Origin: Octopus sinensis
Taxonomy: Eukaryota
Length of the DNA stretch: 64,000 bases
Assembly: GCF_006345805.1 (NCBI RefSeq)
Contig: NC_043007.1
Location: 42,966,001-43,030,000, forward strand
Direction: 5' to 3'
Every line of letters begins with the position of its first letter. Position 1 is the first letter of the stretch. The position numbers and the translations under genes are program-made. This document shows positions 1 through 13,480 of this stretch, piece by piece. A model generated the notes under the pieces. It worked only from the letters and a program-made list of their open reading frames with translations, had not been told where the DNA came from and searched no databases.

Positions 1-436
1 TTTTCTAAGTTTTCAACAGTGACATTACCGGATGGAGCAAAATATATTTTAGCGGCATAAAATCTTCATTGTAGCTTCAAGCCGTTTTTCTTTTGATAGG
101 GTCAAGTCTTTCGTACATAAGTTTTAGATTTGTATTAGGTTTTCTACATCTAACATAGGAATAGGTCCCTACAACTTAGGGTAAATTTTTTATTAACTTA
201 AATTCAGAACTTAAAAAATCCTAAATGTCCGATGCTGAAGCGATTTTGCCAACTAAATATCCCTTTTAATATCTCTCCACCTTTTTATTTCATACATTAA
301 AAATTCGCCAAGGCACTGGTAGTGGCAAAAGAAAAACAAGAAAGACTCTAGGACGCTACAATAGCCAGCTGCTTATTTTACTTACCTTAAAAGTATGAAA
401 AGTTCAACTAGATTGCGTTAGGATTTTAATTTTTCA

Positions 437-937
<501 letters not shown>

Positions 938-1185
938 TTACAACCGATATAGTAAAAGTAATTACATTTCTCATCAATCAAAAATTACCACTAATTCTAC
1001 CGTAAACGGACAACGCTGACGGAATTTACCAAACAGAAGCTGAGTATAATTGTACGCTGTACATATGGGTTGCTCTGAAGTGTCTGATTGTGCTGCACTG
1101 TCTGAGGTGATCAATAAACACTAAATTCTATTTTCATACATAGCATATAAACATATACAGGCAATCTTTCGTCTCTAGTAGACCT

Positions 1186-1871
1186 TTCCGTCGATTTCCG
1201 TAAAATTTTTTTTTTTTTTACATATGAGCTTGCGGGAACTTTTGAAGTAATGAGAGCGAAAGAGACTAAGAGAAAGCGATTGTATGACGAGGGAAGTTCT
1301 TTTGAAGTTACCGTGCATGTGAAGCATTGATGTACATGTGTGTGTGTGTGTGTGTTTGATGGGGTGTGGGAGACAGACAGTATGTTGTGTAAGTGAAGTG
1401 CTTCTGTTAGTGTGTGTGAAGAGATAGAGTAATGTGTGAAAAAAAGAGATAACTGAAATTTTTTACTCGGTGTATGTGTATATGGGCGAAGTTTCGCATG
1501 TCGTAGCACAGATTTCCGTCGATTTCCGTAAAAAACTTTTATTTTTTTACATAAGTAATGAGAGCGAAAGAGACTAAGAGGAAGCGATTTTACGACGAGA
1601 AGGTTTCTCTTTGAAATCGGCCTGTGTGTGTTTGATGGGGTGTGGGAGACAGACAGTATGTTGTGTAAGTGAAGTGCTTCTGTTAGTGTGTGCGAAGAGA
1701 CAGAGAGAGTAATGTGTGAAAGAGAGAGATAACTGATTTTTTACTCGGTGTATGTGTATATGTATGTATGCATGTATGTGTGTGTGTGTGTATGTATCTA
1801 TGTATGTGTGTGTGTATGTATGTATATTACTTCAAAAGTTCCCGCAAGCCCATATGTAAAAAAAAAAAATT
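1186..1871. repeat. Composite non-autonomous element: direct duplication of an approx. 300-bp unit, bounded by a 48-bp inverted repeat, with a (TG/TATG)n core
   Basis: Units 1186-1490 and 1514-1760 share long identical stretches. 1204-1251 is the reverse complement of 1826-1871 apart from one substitution and the poly-A length. Confidence 0.75.
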
Positions 1872-2049
1872 GTTTACATTGTCATAAGATTTTACTTGCA
1901 AATCCTTAAATTAAATTAAATTCTTGGTTAATGTTTACATCTTGACCCGGAAATGAAAATCTCCCTCCACCCCAAATATACTGGAATGGGTGTAAAACAA
2001 TGTGTAGGAAATGAATATGTAAAAAAGAATGCGCGCAAAGCAACGGGAG

Positions 2050-2545
2050 GGTGAGGAGAGAACTTCGGAAAATTCATAAGGTCCGAGCTTTTCTTTCATA
2101 ACTTTTAGGAAAGTGGAGGAGGGGGAGTCAATGAAATTTTATATAAATACCTTTGAAATGGCACAAATTACGGTTATAAAGTAATTTGTGGGGAAAATTT
2201 TGAGGTGGGGTGAGGAATTTCGGAAAATTCCCAAGATCCGATTTTTCCTCGTTATATTCCGAAATCACATTCAACTTCCTACAAATATTTCTACCCACTT
2301 TTTACCCCCCGCCCATTTATTACACTCAATTGTGAAATTGCCACGCTATAACCAGCACTTGAATATTATTAATACTCCAGAAGTATATTAGATAGGTACT
2401 ATCCCTTAGTTGATTGGATTCACAACCTCTAACTCTCACGGAATTAAATATATATATATATACACACACACTGTTATGAGGGGAAAACTTGGATCTTGTG
2501 AATTTTCCGAAGTCGTCTCCCCACCCTTTGGAAAAGATTTTCCCC
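2050..2545. repeat. Foldback-type repeat with internal direct and inverted copies of a ttcggaaaattc-containing motif
   Basis: Motif at about 2058-2093 and 2215-2247, with an inverted copy at about 2483-2519. Confidence 0.55.
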
Positions 2546-2789
2546 ACAAATTACTTTATAATCGTAATGTATGCCGTTTGAAAAGTATTTCTATAAAATT
2601 TCGTTGAAAAAAACCCAATTTCCTAAAAGAGGAAAAAACTCGTATTCTTAATTAATAAACATTTATTTACACAAAAGAACATTTACCGTTATTTCTTATT
2701 TCTTTATTGCCCACAAGGGGCTAAACATAGAGGGGTAAGCAACCTCATAAAGATTGAATAGAAGTTGAATATACTGTTGATTTCTAATA

Positions 2790-3360
2790 ATCTCAGAGTA
2801 GGTGCTGGCGTCTGTAGAGGACTGAGACGCCACTGTAGTAGACTCCTCGACCCTACAACTCTTCACGGTCAGTCTTGCCGCCTAAATGCTGCTCGCTTCG
2901 CTCGTCGTACCGAGCTAAACCTAATCATTAAGTGGGCCCTGGCTCGGATTAATATCTCCTCAGTTCTGGAACCGTCGGGATTATCTAGAAGTGATGGAAA
3001 GAGACCGGATGGTCTTACTATCTGTCCCTGGGTTAGAGGTAGATGCCTCATTCGGGACGCCATAGTCTGCGACTCTTTTCTCCCTCCCACATCCTGGGTA
3101 CTTCAGTTAATGGGAGGCTCACTGCTTCCGTAGCCGAACGGAAGAAAACCCTGAAGTATCGGGACCCGACAGTGAACTATCTTTTCTAAGCTGTGGCGTT
3201 TTAGAAATTCCTAGGGACTGGGCCACTAACCGTGAAGTTCTTGCCAACGTTGGCAGCTCGACTCACCAAGGTGTCAGGTGATGCCCATGAGGGCGTTTGG
3301 CTTTCCCCAAAGCCTTAGCCTCACCATCGCCAGTGGTAAAGCTGCGAGCGTGCTTCAGTA
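2790..3360 (+). mobile_element. Decayed 3' fragment of an RLE-encoding non-LTR retrotransposon (CRE/SLACS-like): CCHC knuckle plus PD-(D/E)xK endonuclease
   Basis: HCSRLLDPTTLHGQSC...RRTELNLIIKWAL...SVLEPSGLSRSDGKRPDGLTICPWVRGRCLIRD, continuing after frameshifts as AERKKTLKY...AVAF. The EP.GL.R.DGKRPDG.T..PW..G motif is typical of CRE-clade RLE domains. Confidence 0.8.
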
Positions 3361-3533
3361 GGTTCCGTTAAACCTTGTGGTGTGCGACCAGTTGCTGTGA
3401 TAAACAAATTCCCCACAAATTGTTTCAATACAGTTTTAACAGAAAGATTTGGAATAATTAGACGAAAATTCCCTAAATTTTTACCAGTTCGGTAAATTTT
3501 GGCGGATGCACTTGTAAACATTTACCGAAATAA

Positions 3534-4148
3534 CGGATCTTTTCGGTTTGAACGGTAGTTTTTAAACATAACTTCTAGGTAACTAAAAAAATTTAAATTT
3601 CGTATACTGGTAGAATGTGTTTATAAAACATCTTTTTCTCTTGGCTTTATTGAGAAAATTCTATAGTTTGTAAGATATTTGTTGTTTTTTTCTTCAATTT
3701 CTACCAATCACTGACGTCTATTGAGGTAAAAAAAACATTCTGTGCCGTATGAGCATGTCCCTCATTTAAGAAACAGATTGGGATTATTTACACTTGTGAA
3801 GAAAAAAAAGATACTCTTCCCCCCACCCCTAACCCTAAAAGAGATTGAAATGCAATAGATCGATACTAGGGTCATAATTATGGGTGACAATTTCATATGA
3901 CATCGCTAGTAAAAACTGCCGTTCAAACCGAAAAGATCCTCTTTTTCTTAAACGCGGGACATATTCATACAGCATGGAATGTTTTCACCCCAAATGGAGG
4001 TCAGCGATTGGTTAAAATTGCCGAAATGCTTGAAATTAAAGTGGAAATATGTTACAACATATAGAATTTTCTCAATAAAGCCAAGAAAAAATGATGTTTT
4101 ATAAACAAATTCTACCAGTATACGAGTGCCGTTCAAAAGGAAAAGATC
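3534..4148. mobile_element. MITE-like element with approx. 29-bp terminal inverted repeats (3534-3939) followed by an inverted partial second copy (3946-4148)
   Basis: ggatcttttcggtttgaacggtagttttt at 3534 and aaaaactgccgttcaaaccgaaaagatcc at about 3911. 4044-4122 is the reverse complement of 3601-3680. Confidence 0.7.
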
Positions 4149-5099
4149 CCACTAATGTCTAATCTGATAATTTTCAATTTAAAAAAAGATGTTTAAAGTG
4201 AGGCAAAATGAGTAATGTCTAATTTCGATAAATTCCCTTTTTTATTGCTTCGTGCATCAATATATCAGGATGAGAGCCACTCCAGCAGATCGCGAAGAAG
4301 CTACAGAGAATATTTTATGTTGAGTTTTTTTTTTTATTCGACGTTCGTTAATTTCATATCACGTGTTATTTTCCCCTGATCTTCTTTTATTTGACCGAGA
4401 TATTTTTAGTCTTTGCTGCATTTCTAATGTCTAAGAATGGATATTGGTGTGTACGAGTCTTTTTTCAAATGCAATTCTGGAAAATTGAAGAGGCAAATTT
4501 ATCTCATCTTGTCTTACTAATTTTGCCCCATCTAAACTTGACTTTTGTATGCTTAGAGGGCGGAGATACTTTTCAGAAATAGTATTCTGAATATGTTATA
4601 GTGTTTTAATGCATTTAGAGAAGGTCATTTGCTTAGATGATATAGTTTTTGCACGGTAATGAACATTTAAAAAAAAAAAACTTTTCTCAGTTAAATATTA
4701 CTCATTGTGCCCCGCCCTAGCAATATTTTTTTAGGTTTACAAAAGTAATATTGGAGTTATCTCCCTTACTTTTAAATAGGCACGCTGTTATTATTTTTTA
4801 CTCTTGTTTAGAAAAGCTATTCTTTTCTCGGTTACATTCATCTGTTGTTTTCTAATCCGTTAAAAATTTAAGCGATACTACCTCTTTGATGAGTTGAAGT
4901 TACGCATTATTTGCAATGAATTCTACTGGTGAACTACTGGTATTGAAATATTTTTGCCCCGAATAAGCAGTGTGAGGAGCTGGATACAATGAATCAGCAC
5001 CTCGGTAGGTGTTTGGTTGTCCTATCAAATGTTTTAATGCAATTAAAAATACGAACTTGTATAGTTAAAGCATTAGTAAAAGTGTTGGGTAATTCTGAA

Positions 5100-5278
5100 T
5101 GAGATGCCAAGCAGCATGTAGTCATATCTCTTTACAGTTCCGAGTTCAAATTCCGCCGAGACCAACTTTACCTTTCATCCATCTAGAGCCGATAAAATAA
5201 AATACCAGTGAAATACTAGGGTCGATGATATCGATTAACCCCTTCCCTCAAAATTGCTGGCCTTGCCTAAATCAGAAA
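5100..5278 (+). mobile_element. tRNA-related SINE, family A (gagttcaaattccgccgag...ctttcatcc core)
   Basis: The same core recurs at 7445-7640(-), 11200-11800(-, several), 16455-16640(-), 29350-29750(-), 40295-41640(-), 52570-52770(-) and 61735-61950(+). Confidence 0.75.
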
Positions 5279-5555
5279 CCTTTATTTTTTTATCTTTTTA
5301 TATCGAGAATTGAAATAAAGTTAACCTGTAGTTGTAAGGACTACCATACTTGCAATAAGCGAGTCATTGCTTTCGGTACATACAAACATACTACCACGTT
5401 GCCAAGCAACGAAAATATAGACCCAGAACTTCATGCTTTATAAGAGACTAATTGATGATGATAGACTTTTCACACTTTTGTAAATAGTGTTTTGGTCACT
5501 GGCTTAGTTGCAAGCAACAAGTCATGTAGATTGAGCATGTTCCATTCGTTTAAAC

Positions 5556-5800
5556 TATAGGTTCTCAAAGTGGGCGCTGGTGTCTAAGGGGGCGCTAGAG
5601 AAAAAAGGAAGCATTGGGAGAAAGGCAGTGGATTGGGGGACACTATAAATTTATAATATTATATTAAATATCAAGTGATTCATAGTATATATAAATTAGT
5701 TAAATATAAAGTATTTATTTATACATAAAAATAGGGGTGTGGGTGCTGAGGCTATTGTGGCCATGAGGGGGTGGTGGCCCAAAATGTTTGAGAACCTCTG
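5556..5800. mobile_element. hAT-type MITE
   Basis: TIRs (t)ataggttctcaaa / tttgagaacctctg; 8-bp TSD gtttaaac (5548-5555) / gttcaaac (5801-5808). Confidence 0.75.
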
Positions 5801-6539
5801 GTTCAAACTGATTTCCGAACTAACCACTGAAGCATGCTAAAAGTAAAAGTTCATATGAACCAATGTTGGTGACAGTTAAATTAAGAAAGCTACAGGAAGT
5901 TAGATATGAAGAACTACTGCCATTGCGTCTCCTGCACCACAAGAAAATTCAACATGAAGAAATGTGTTTGTTAACTGCTGTAATGATTAAAAGCCTTCTC
6001 TACTCTAGCTTGTAATGTATTTTAAAGTAAACATTCCTTCATATATTTCCTTGTTTTTAATTGTCCAAATGTAAACATACTATGGTTAAATGTTTATGAG
6101 GTTTTCTTCTCAAACTCTTTCTTAGTGAAATTGAGTAGACAGAAACTGTGTGAAAGCCTCTCAAATGGCTTGTACTTGTAATTTAAAAATGTACATCCTA
6201 GTTGCATTGTCATGCTGATTCTGCTTGGGAATTACACTATCATTTCATAGCCTCTATGATTCTGGATAATCTCATGGAGTTTCTTGTGTCATGAGCCAGA
6301 TCTCCATGTGTGGAAGAAGTAGGACAAGTTGATCAACAGAGTAGTCAGTCTCGCACATAAATGGGCCAAAGGATAGCTATCCCTGAAAAGTCTGACTGTT
6401 GTACCTTGCCCCAGTTCACGTTTGACTGAATTGGAGCATCTCTTCTATTTTTTTGTGGAATGAATACATTCCACTGATTAAGTGTTCCATTTGCTGTCAA
6501 CACTGACTGAGTGGAGGATTGGTCATGCTGTAGGTGATA

Positions 6540-6870
6540 ATAATAATAATAATGAAATTATTGTATATAGTGCTCAGATGCACTACAACTTGTCAAAACT
6601 GCATATAAAGCATATGTTGTAATGTACAAATGTCTGGAAAGTGAACAGTGTATGAGTCAGATACATGCTTGTGTATGTATGGAGGGGAGAAAAATCAGGT
6701 GTAGTGTTGACGAATCTCAGGAAACATGGAAATTTTGAAGGATGCAGTGCTCCGACAACTAACAACTGATGCTGGCAGTTTGTTCATGCAACTCTTAGTA
6801 TGAAAAAATGTTTCTGAAAGTCATGGGAGCTGTGTTGTTTTCTGACTTTGTAAACATGTCCACAGGTGTA
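6540..6870 (-). mobile_element. CR1-type LINE 3' end with (ATT)n tail
   Basis: Closely similar to 59030-59360, which is attached to recognisable CR1 RT sequence. Confidence 0.75.
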
Positions 6871-8399
6871 AGACAGGTGAAGACACATGCTAAAGCTGCA
6901 ATATCTTCAATTTCTGGGTGGTGAATAGGTGTCACCATTTCTCAGACAAGTTGTTACACAGCTCATCTATTTGACAAAGTTGCAGCCCTGAATCAAGCAG
7001 AGACTAAGAAAGAGTGCTTCACATCTGTAATGTCATCAAGCCTCGGCCAGTTGGGCAATGCTTGGGTGTGAGAGTTAGTGTTGTTGTTGAAAAAATTTTC
7101 AGAATGTCTAAAAAAAGATAAAATGTATTTTGTGTTTTTCTGAAAAGGTAAAATTTTCCATCTTCAAAACATGAATGAATTTTTATTCCACTTTAATTAC
7201 AGAAGACTTCATTCAGTTTTACTTTGAAAGATACTGTTGTCTTAATGAATCATTGCCATTGTGAATGAAGTTAAACCAAAATGTTTTGGAGGTAAAAGTT
7301 AAAATAAAATCAAAGCTTTCCTTGTAAGAACTTTTACATGACACAAACAATAAATCCAAATTCTGAAATTAACAAAAAATTGGAGCAAACATCAAAAGAG
7401 AGAGAGTGAAAGAAAAAGTCCATTGAAGCTGCCAACCAATAATAATCCTTTCTACTATAGGCAGAATGTCTGAAACTTTGGGGGAGGGGACTAGGTGATG
7501 ACTCTAGGTCTGATACTGAATTTATTGACCCCTAAAAGGATGAAAAGTAAAGCTGGAAAAATTTGAACTCAAAATGAAAAGTCAAACAAAATGCTTCCAA
7601 GCATTTCTTTTGGATGCTAATGATTTTGCCAGCTCACTGCTTCAATAATGCTGATAATAATTTCTTTATTAGTCAAAATGGCTGGTACCCAGGTACCCAA
7701 TAGGAGCAACAGTTGGTTAGGACTAATCAACAAAACCACCAAAAACCTATGACAGATCATAGAAGGCAAGTGCTCTCTTTGATTTATTGTTTCCCAGCCT
7801 TCAGATGCATACTCAAAGTGGGTTTGTCACAAATGCTTATTTACTGCTCTTACCTACCCTTTAATGATTTTATTGGTGGGAAAACACCTCATTCCCCACT
7901 CTCACCTTCCTTTCCAAGTGAAACTTGCAAAAATATGATGAGCGCTTGGCTGAAGAAAAAAGTCTGATCTAGGGTTCTGTCTAGGTCAACAGTATGTATC
8001 ACAAATGTGTGATCTGTGCAGCAGACTGGTTGAAATTGTGGACATCCTATACTATTCCTGATCACTAAACTAACAAATACTTTATCTAAATATATGGATG
8101 ATCCAGCATCATTGCTCCATGTCCACACAAGTATTTGGAGGAAATCCAGCAGGTATCTGTCAGACAGTTAGAACTGTCTGTGTGGATTTTCTAAGCTTTT
8201 CCAGTTCCTCTCCTATCATCTAGTGTCATACAGTCTCATCAAGTGTCTGAAATGCCATTCTAGTCTCCCACTAACTTGAATGAGCAGGACTTTCCCAAGG
8301 ATGTTTCTTTTATTTGCTTTCTTCTGGAAGTCTTCCACCATGATTTGAGAATTGATGTAATAGGTCCAATCCAACTTCTTATGTGGATTTTATTAGAAA

Positions 8400-10526
8400 T
8401 TTATTGAGTGATATCATGAAGTTATAAATGAAACAAAATTAAAAATATTGCTGTTATTTAACCTCCGGATTGGTCATAAAAACAAATACATTTTAAATAA
8501 TCAAAATATTAGAAAAGGTACATTAACAAAACAACTGGTACTCTACAATAACTACTGTAAACTTGTAAAATAAAAGATAAATTCACAGTTTATTAAAAAC
8601 AATATATTTTATTTATAAAAAATGAAATTACAATAAAAGATATGTAAAAATAATATTTAGAGAAGATGAATCACAACTGAATTTTAAAGAAGAATATGAT
8701 GACAAACAGAAATTTGATGGCATACACACATATATATACACACACACAAGGCATATGTGACTGGAGTGGATATCAATACTTCAGAATGAAAATTCCTTGA
8801 TAGGTCACAACTGCTTCAGGTAATGTTCACTCTTAGTTTCTGCAGTGTGAGACAGCTACAAGATAACATTCCCTTCTGAATAGCATATATATTTTACTAC
8901 AGATCAGCTTCTTAGATAGACACATAATTATTTTCCAGTTGTTAAAGTATTTTGCTAAGAAAAGAAAAAACACTGCTATTGATAGTAACTCTTACTCTCC
9001 CATAGCAAAAATGTGATGAAGATTTAAGCACCAGTACCACATACACACACATACATATATATATACATACACACACATACATATATATACATACATACAC
9101 ACACACACACACATATGCATACACATATATATATACACATACATATATATACACATACATGCACACACACATATATATATAAATGCACACACGTATTTAT
9201 ATATATACATATATATAGACACACAGACATACATATACATATGTGTGTGTGTGTATAATATATATCTTCCTCATATCAGAATGTATACATATCATAAAGT
9301 ATGAGATGCCAAGATCTCTTTTAAACCTTAAATAAAGAAAATCTTACATGGAGACAATGCTCTGCTTATGTGTTTATCTGAATGATGCTCAATCTTCTAA
9401 TACACACACAGACACAAACAAATGTAGATGCCCATAGAAATAAATGCACAGTAACTCAGTAGCTAAAATTGATTTCATAGTTTGGTATGGAACTTTAATT
9501 TATGGTAAAAGGTAACATCCAGTTTATGCCGTTTTTCAAGGCAGTTTGTAAGTGAAGCCTTAACAAATGAAGAATTAAAACAAATGCAGATTTAACAATT
9601 AAGAATTTACTGCTGCATCAATGACAGTGTGTACTACACATGTAGTGTGCACAGGTAACAGAATATATTGAACTCCAGACATCAAAGATATAGGCTATAT
9701 GATGAAAAAAACTACAGGAAATACCCGCTTACCACTGATGTGCACACATACATACACAAATGCATATAAAAAATCTGCAAAGAACTAGAGTTGGTCATGG
9801 AATGCAGTATACACACACATTGTTCCTAAAAAATATTCAGAGAATACACTAAAAAAGTTTTTTTTTTCTCCCACTAATTCACAAGTGATCTGTAATACCA
9901 TTGTTATATTCCATCAGTTGTTGCTATTGAAAACAACATTAGTTTTGCATTCTTTCAGTGGCTGTTTTTCAAAATAATACCATCCTTGAGCTTTGTCAAG
10001 GGTTACCATTAAAATAATTGCTTCAAAACATTGCAGTCTAACAGGCTTTGTTATTGTTTTGAAAAAAAAAATCTTGGTCTTCAGGTGAGGAAGCTTAGCA
10101 CCATATGACAGGTGTATATGTATCACACCTCCTTTTATTATAAAGGGAAATTTTATAGGAGAGTAGAGATGAAAGGACTGTAAGCTTTCTTCTTTTCCTT
10201 GCTTTTGACATCAGAATTCGCAAATTGAAAAGATTTGTAGCTTAAATAGACAATTTCTACAGCAAAAACTGAAAACATTCTTCAGCAAAATGAGCCCCAG
10301 TAAAACCAGTTTTATGTGGAGATGTTGACAGAAAGAGGTATCATAACCAGTAAAATGATCAGCAAATACAGTGAACCTCGTTTCCAAGTGGCACATGTGA
10401 GAGGGTTCATTGCTTGTAAGACAAACCATAAATTTGTCGCGAAGTATGTCTTTTTGATTTAGCTCGCCTACAGGTTCCAATAGTGATAGCAGTTTGTTAT
10501 GGCGGAGATGATGATGTAAACAATCT
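8400..10526 (-). other. Probable CELSR 3' UTR (extent uncertain)
   Basis: Follows the stop codon. AATAAA hexamers on the minus strand near 10135 and 8590-8610. No transcript data. Confidence 0.35.
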
Positions 10527-10551
10527 CTAAACAGTGGTACTGTTGCTGCAC
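10527..10551 (-). CDS. CELSR: CELSR terminal coding exon: (E)CSNSTTV*, class I PDZ-binding motif
   Basis: Strong acceptor (tttggttatttcatatttcag). A phase-2 join to the 19535 donor gives GAG TGC AGC AAC AGT ACC ACT GTT TAG, an S/T-x-V C-terminus reminiscent of the fly Flamingo ETTV-type end as I recall it. Confidence 0.75.
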
Positions 10552-10657
10552 CTGAAATATGAAATAACCAAAACAAATAATACAAGAATTTCTAACTCAG
10601 AAACAATAAACACAAAAATTAAGTTGGACAGTGTCTAGAAGACCTTTAACATTAACT

Positions 10658-11083
10658 TTAACCTTTTTGATACCACCTTTTCGAGACCATCTCTAATTCT
10701 AAAATACTAACTTCACATTTTAGAGTGCTTTACATTAAAACCCTCCATCAAAATTTCAACCCTTTTGTTACCATATTTATGTTGAAATACATGTCTTTGC
10801 TACAATTCTTAAAATAATGAAGAATCTAATAAAATAATTTTGTCTTTTTAGGCTGGTGTTTGGAATAACATAAATTTTGATGAAGGTTTTAATTTAGATC
10901 ACTTTAAAACAAAGTTTGTATCATAGAATTATGAAATCACAAGGGAATTTGGTATCAAAATGGTTAATTTGTGTTCCAAGTACCAGCTTAAGGACAAAGT
11001 TATTTTACTAAATTTTTCATTATTTTCAAAATAAATTGAAAGACATTTATATTCCAACAGAAGTAAGTAGCAAATGGGTTAAA
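10658..11083. mobile_element. Nested or adjacent piggyBac-type (TTAA CCCTTT...) MITEs just upstream of the terminal-exon acceptor
   Basis: ttaacctttttgatacc... and ...caaatgggttaa ends. Related sequence at 47060-47222 and 48940-49200. Confidence 0.5.
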
Positions 11084-11834
11084 TAATGATTTCTTATATT
11101 GACACACAATCTGAAATTGATGTGGGAGGTTGTTATACATATCATGTTATAATTTGATCCACATTCTGGATACCTTATAAGAATATTGCTCTCAAATTTT
11201 GGTACAAAGCCAGCAATTTTGAGGTAGGAGGTAAATTGGTTACTTCAACTCCAATGTTCAACTGGTACTCATTTTAGTCACCTTGAAAGGCCTGAAAGGC
11301 AAAGTTAACCGCAGTGACATTTGAACTCAGAACATAAGTTAGAAGAAATGCTGCTAAGCATTCTTCAGCGCAGTAACAATTCAGCCAACTCACTACCTTA
11401 CATTATAAGAATATTAAAATGACCCCAGTACTTGATTGATACCTTATATTGGCTCCAGAAGAATGGAAAGCAAAGTGGGACACTGCAAGATTTGAACTCA
11501 GAATGTAGAGTTATAACTAAACACTATAAGCAGTTTTTCTAATGTTCTTATGCTTTATCTAGCTCACTGACAGTGAGCTGGCAGAAACATAACTAATTAT
11601 TCTTAGGCATTTAACCAGCACTCAACTGCTTCTAATATAGACACAAGGTCAAAAGTTTTGATGAGTTGGCATGATAGAACCAGAGGCAGGTTGGTATCAA
11701 AAGGGTCAATAAGCATTGGACTGGTTCTATATTTTATCAATCCCTGGGGGATGAAAAGCAAAGATGATCTCAGTGTGTAATTTGGACTCAGAATGCTACA
11801 TAAGAGGCTGAAGGGTATTGACCTGAGACATATA

Positions 11835-12360
11835 CAAGGGTGGGCTGCAAAGTTCATAGGCTGACAATGAGGGAATAATGCTAGAGCCATGAAATCTTGT
11901 ATGCACTACCTTCATTTCTTCTTATTTATAACTGAATTGTTTCTTTCTGAGTAAATTGACATCTGACTAATCAATGAAGACTTCAAAAGCTCTTGAAACT
12001 GGACAAAATTTGGCATCATGGTGTATCAAGTACCTGCAGGAAAATGGTTTAGCCTCCAAGGAAATTCATGCTGATATGGTTGCTACATAAGGGGATGATG
12101 CTCCAGCTTTATCAACAGTGCAAAAGTAGGCAGCTGAATTTAGGAGGATAAGAGAGAGCCATGAAGAAGACCCAACATTTGAATGTCTGCAACTGCCACT
12201 GCCAAGGAAAACATTGTGTTCACTACATGGTGATGGATGACAAGTGATTGACTTTAAATCAAACAGGCAACGCTAATCCTGTGAGAGAGTTGAGAATATT
12301 CTGCATAATGAACTTGGCATGACAAACGTTTCTGCTCGGTGGGTGCCAGGTTTTCTGACC
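11835..12360 (+). mobile_element. Decayed mariner transposase, 5' part with left TIR
   Basis: Starts TA-CAAGGGTGGGCTGCAAAGTTC. Degenerate translation ...KEIHADMVAT.GDDAPALSTVQK...ILHNELGMTNVSARWVP contains the mariner WVPx motif. Several stops. Confidence 0.8.
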
Positions 12361-12429
12361 AACAAGATATTTGATACTGTGCAACGTCTTCAATAATAAT
12401 AATAATAATTTGAAAAGCAGATGTATGTT

Positions 12430-13480
12430 AAGATCTGCAGTCTTGCTTTGCAATCAAACTCTGGCGATGGGTACAAAGTATTGGCTGTGATTGCAAAGGA
12501 ACATGTTTAGTGAAGTCCTCTAGAAATGAAATACCAAAAAAATATAAGAAAGGTCAAGTGCAAATAATGATTAGAAGAAGAAGACAGATTGAATAATGTA
12601 GCCTTAATGTGCTATGTCTGGGAAAAAGATGGGATGGCCATGGGTGAAATGCCTATCATCTGATCAAGCTTGCTTGACTTGCTACCTATCATGTCCCATA
12701 TTATGTTTGGTAGATCAGCAGAACAAAACTCTGTGTCTGCACAAAGTTGGTCAAAGTAGTCATTTGGCATCCAAAATATGATGCAGAATTCCATTAACCC
12801 AAATATTGTTCTAGGTGTATAATGTAAATAATGGGGAGAGGCTTCATCCAAACCTCATTCCTGTTTAGTCTATAAGCAGCACTTATCCAACACCTCCTTC
12901 AGTGATTCTGAATAAAATGAAGCAATGCTTTTCATCAACACCTCATCCACCTCTCCAAAAATAAATCTTTCAGTACTCACTAAACTCCCTCTATAGAGTC
13001 ACTTTTCCAGATCCACAATCAATCAGGGAAAGATCCAACCCTAACCAATAAGTCACATAAACTGCAACTTTTAGTTGTTTTCTACTTGAACCAAACTCAC
13101 CTAGTGTACACTCGGTGTAGGGTAAATTGACTGATACTTGTCATAACTCTAAACCACCTGATGAATACTCTCACTAGTGATATCAGGGTTAACTTTTCCC
13201 AGCCAAAAATGCAGTTCTATCTATCCCACTATGGTGCATGCAGTGCAATTTTACAAACAGCACAATATGGTTACTAATCTCTCTCAATCCTCCAGTACTC
13301 TCAACCAGGTTTTCCTAATCCTGACAAAAACACTCACCTTATTCTCTGAAGATATAAGAACTACATGCAGCTTCAGATCGAATTCAGTAATTAACTCACA
13401 GGACTTTCAGATGTTACTTAATAATCATCTCTGCAACCAGCCTCTTTTCTTTCAGTTTTCTTTGCATTACTAATTGCTGA
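12430..13480 (-). mobile_element. Highly decayed LINE RT C-terminal fragment (CR1/Jockey-like)
   Basis: Patchy similarity to LINE RT C-terminal sequence (..CSADLPNII..). Many stops. Confidence 0.35.

Noticed and set aside
3826-3837. Interstitial telomeric repeat (ccctaaccct)
   Set aside because: Fewer than two full units, inside a MITE. Not significant.
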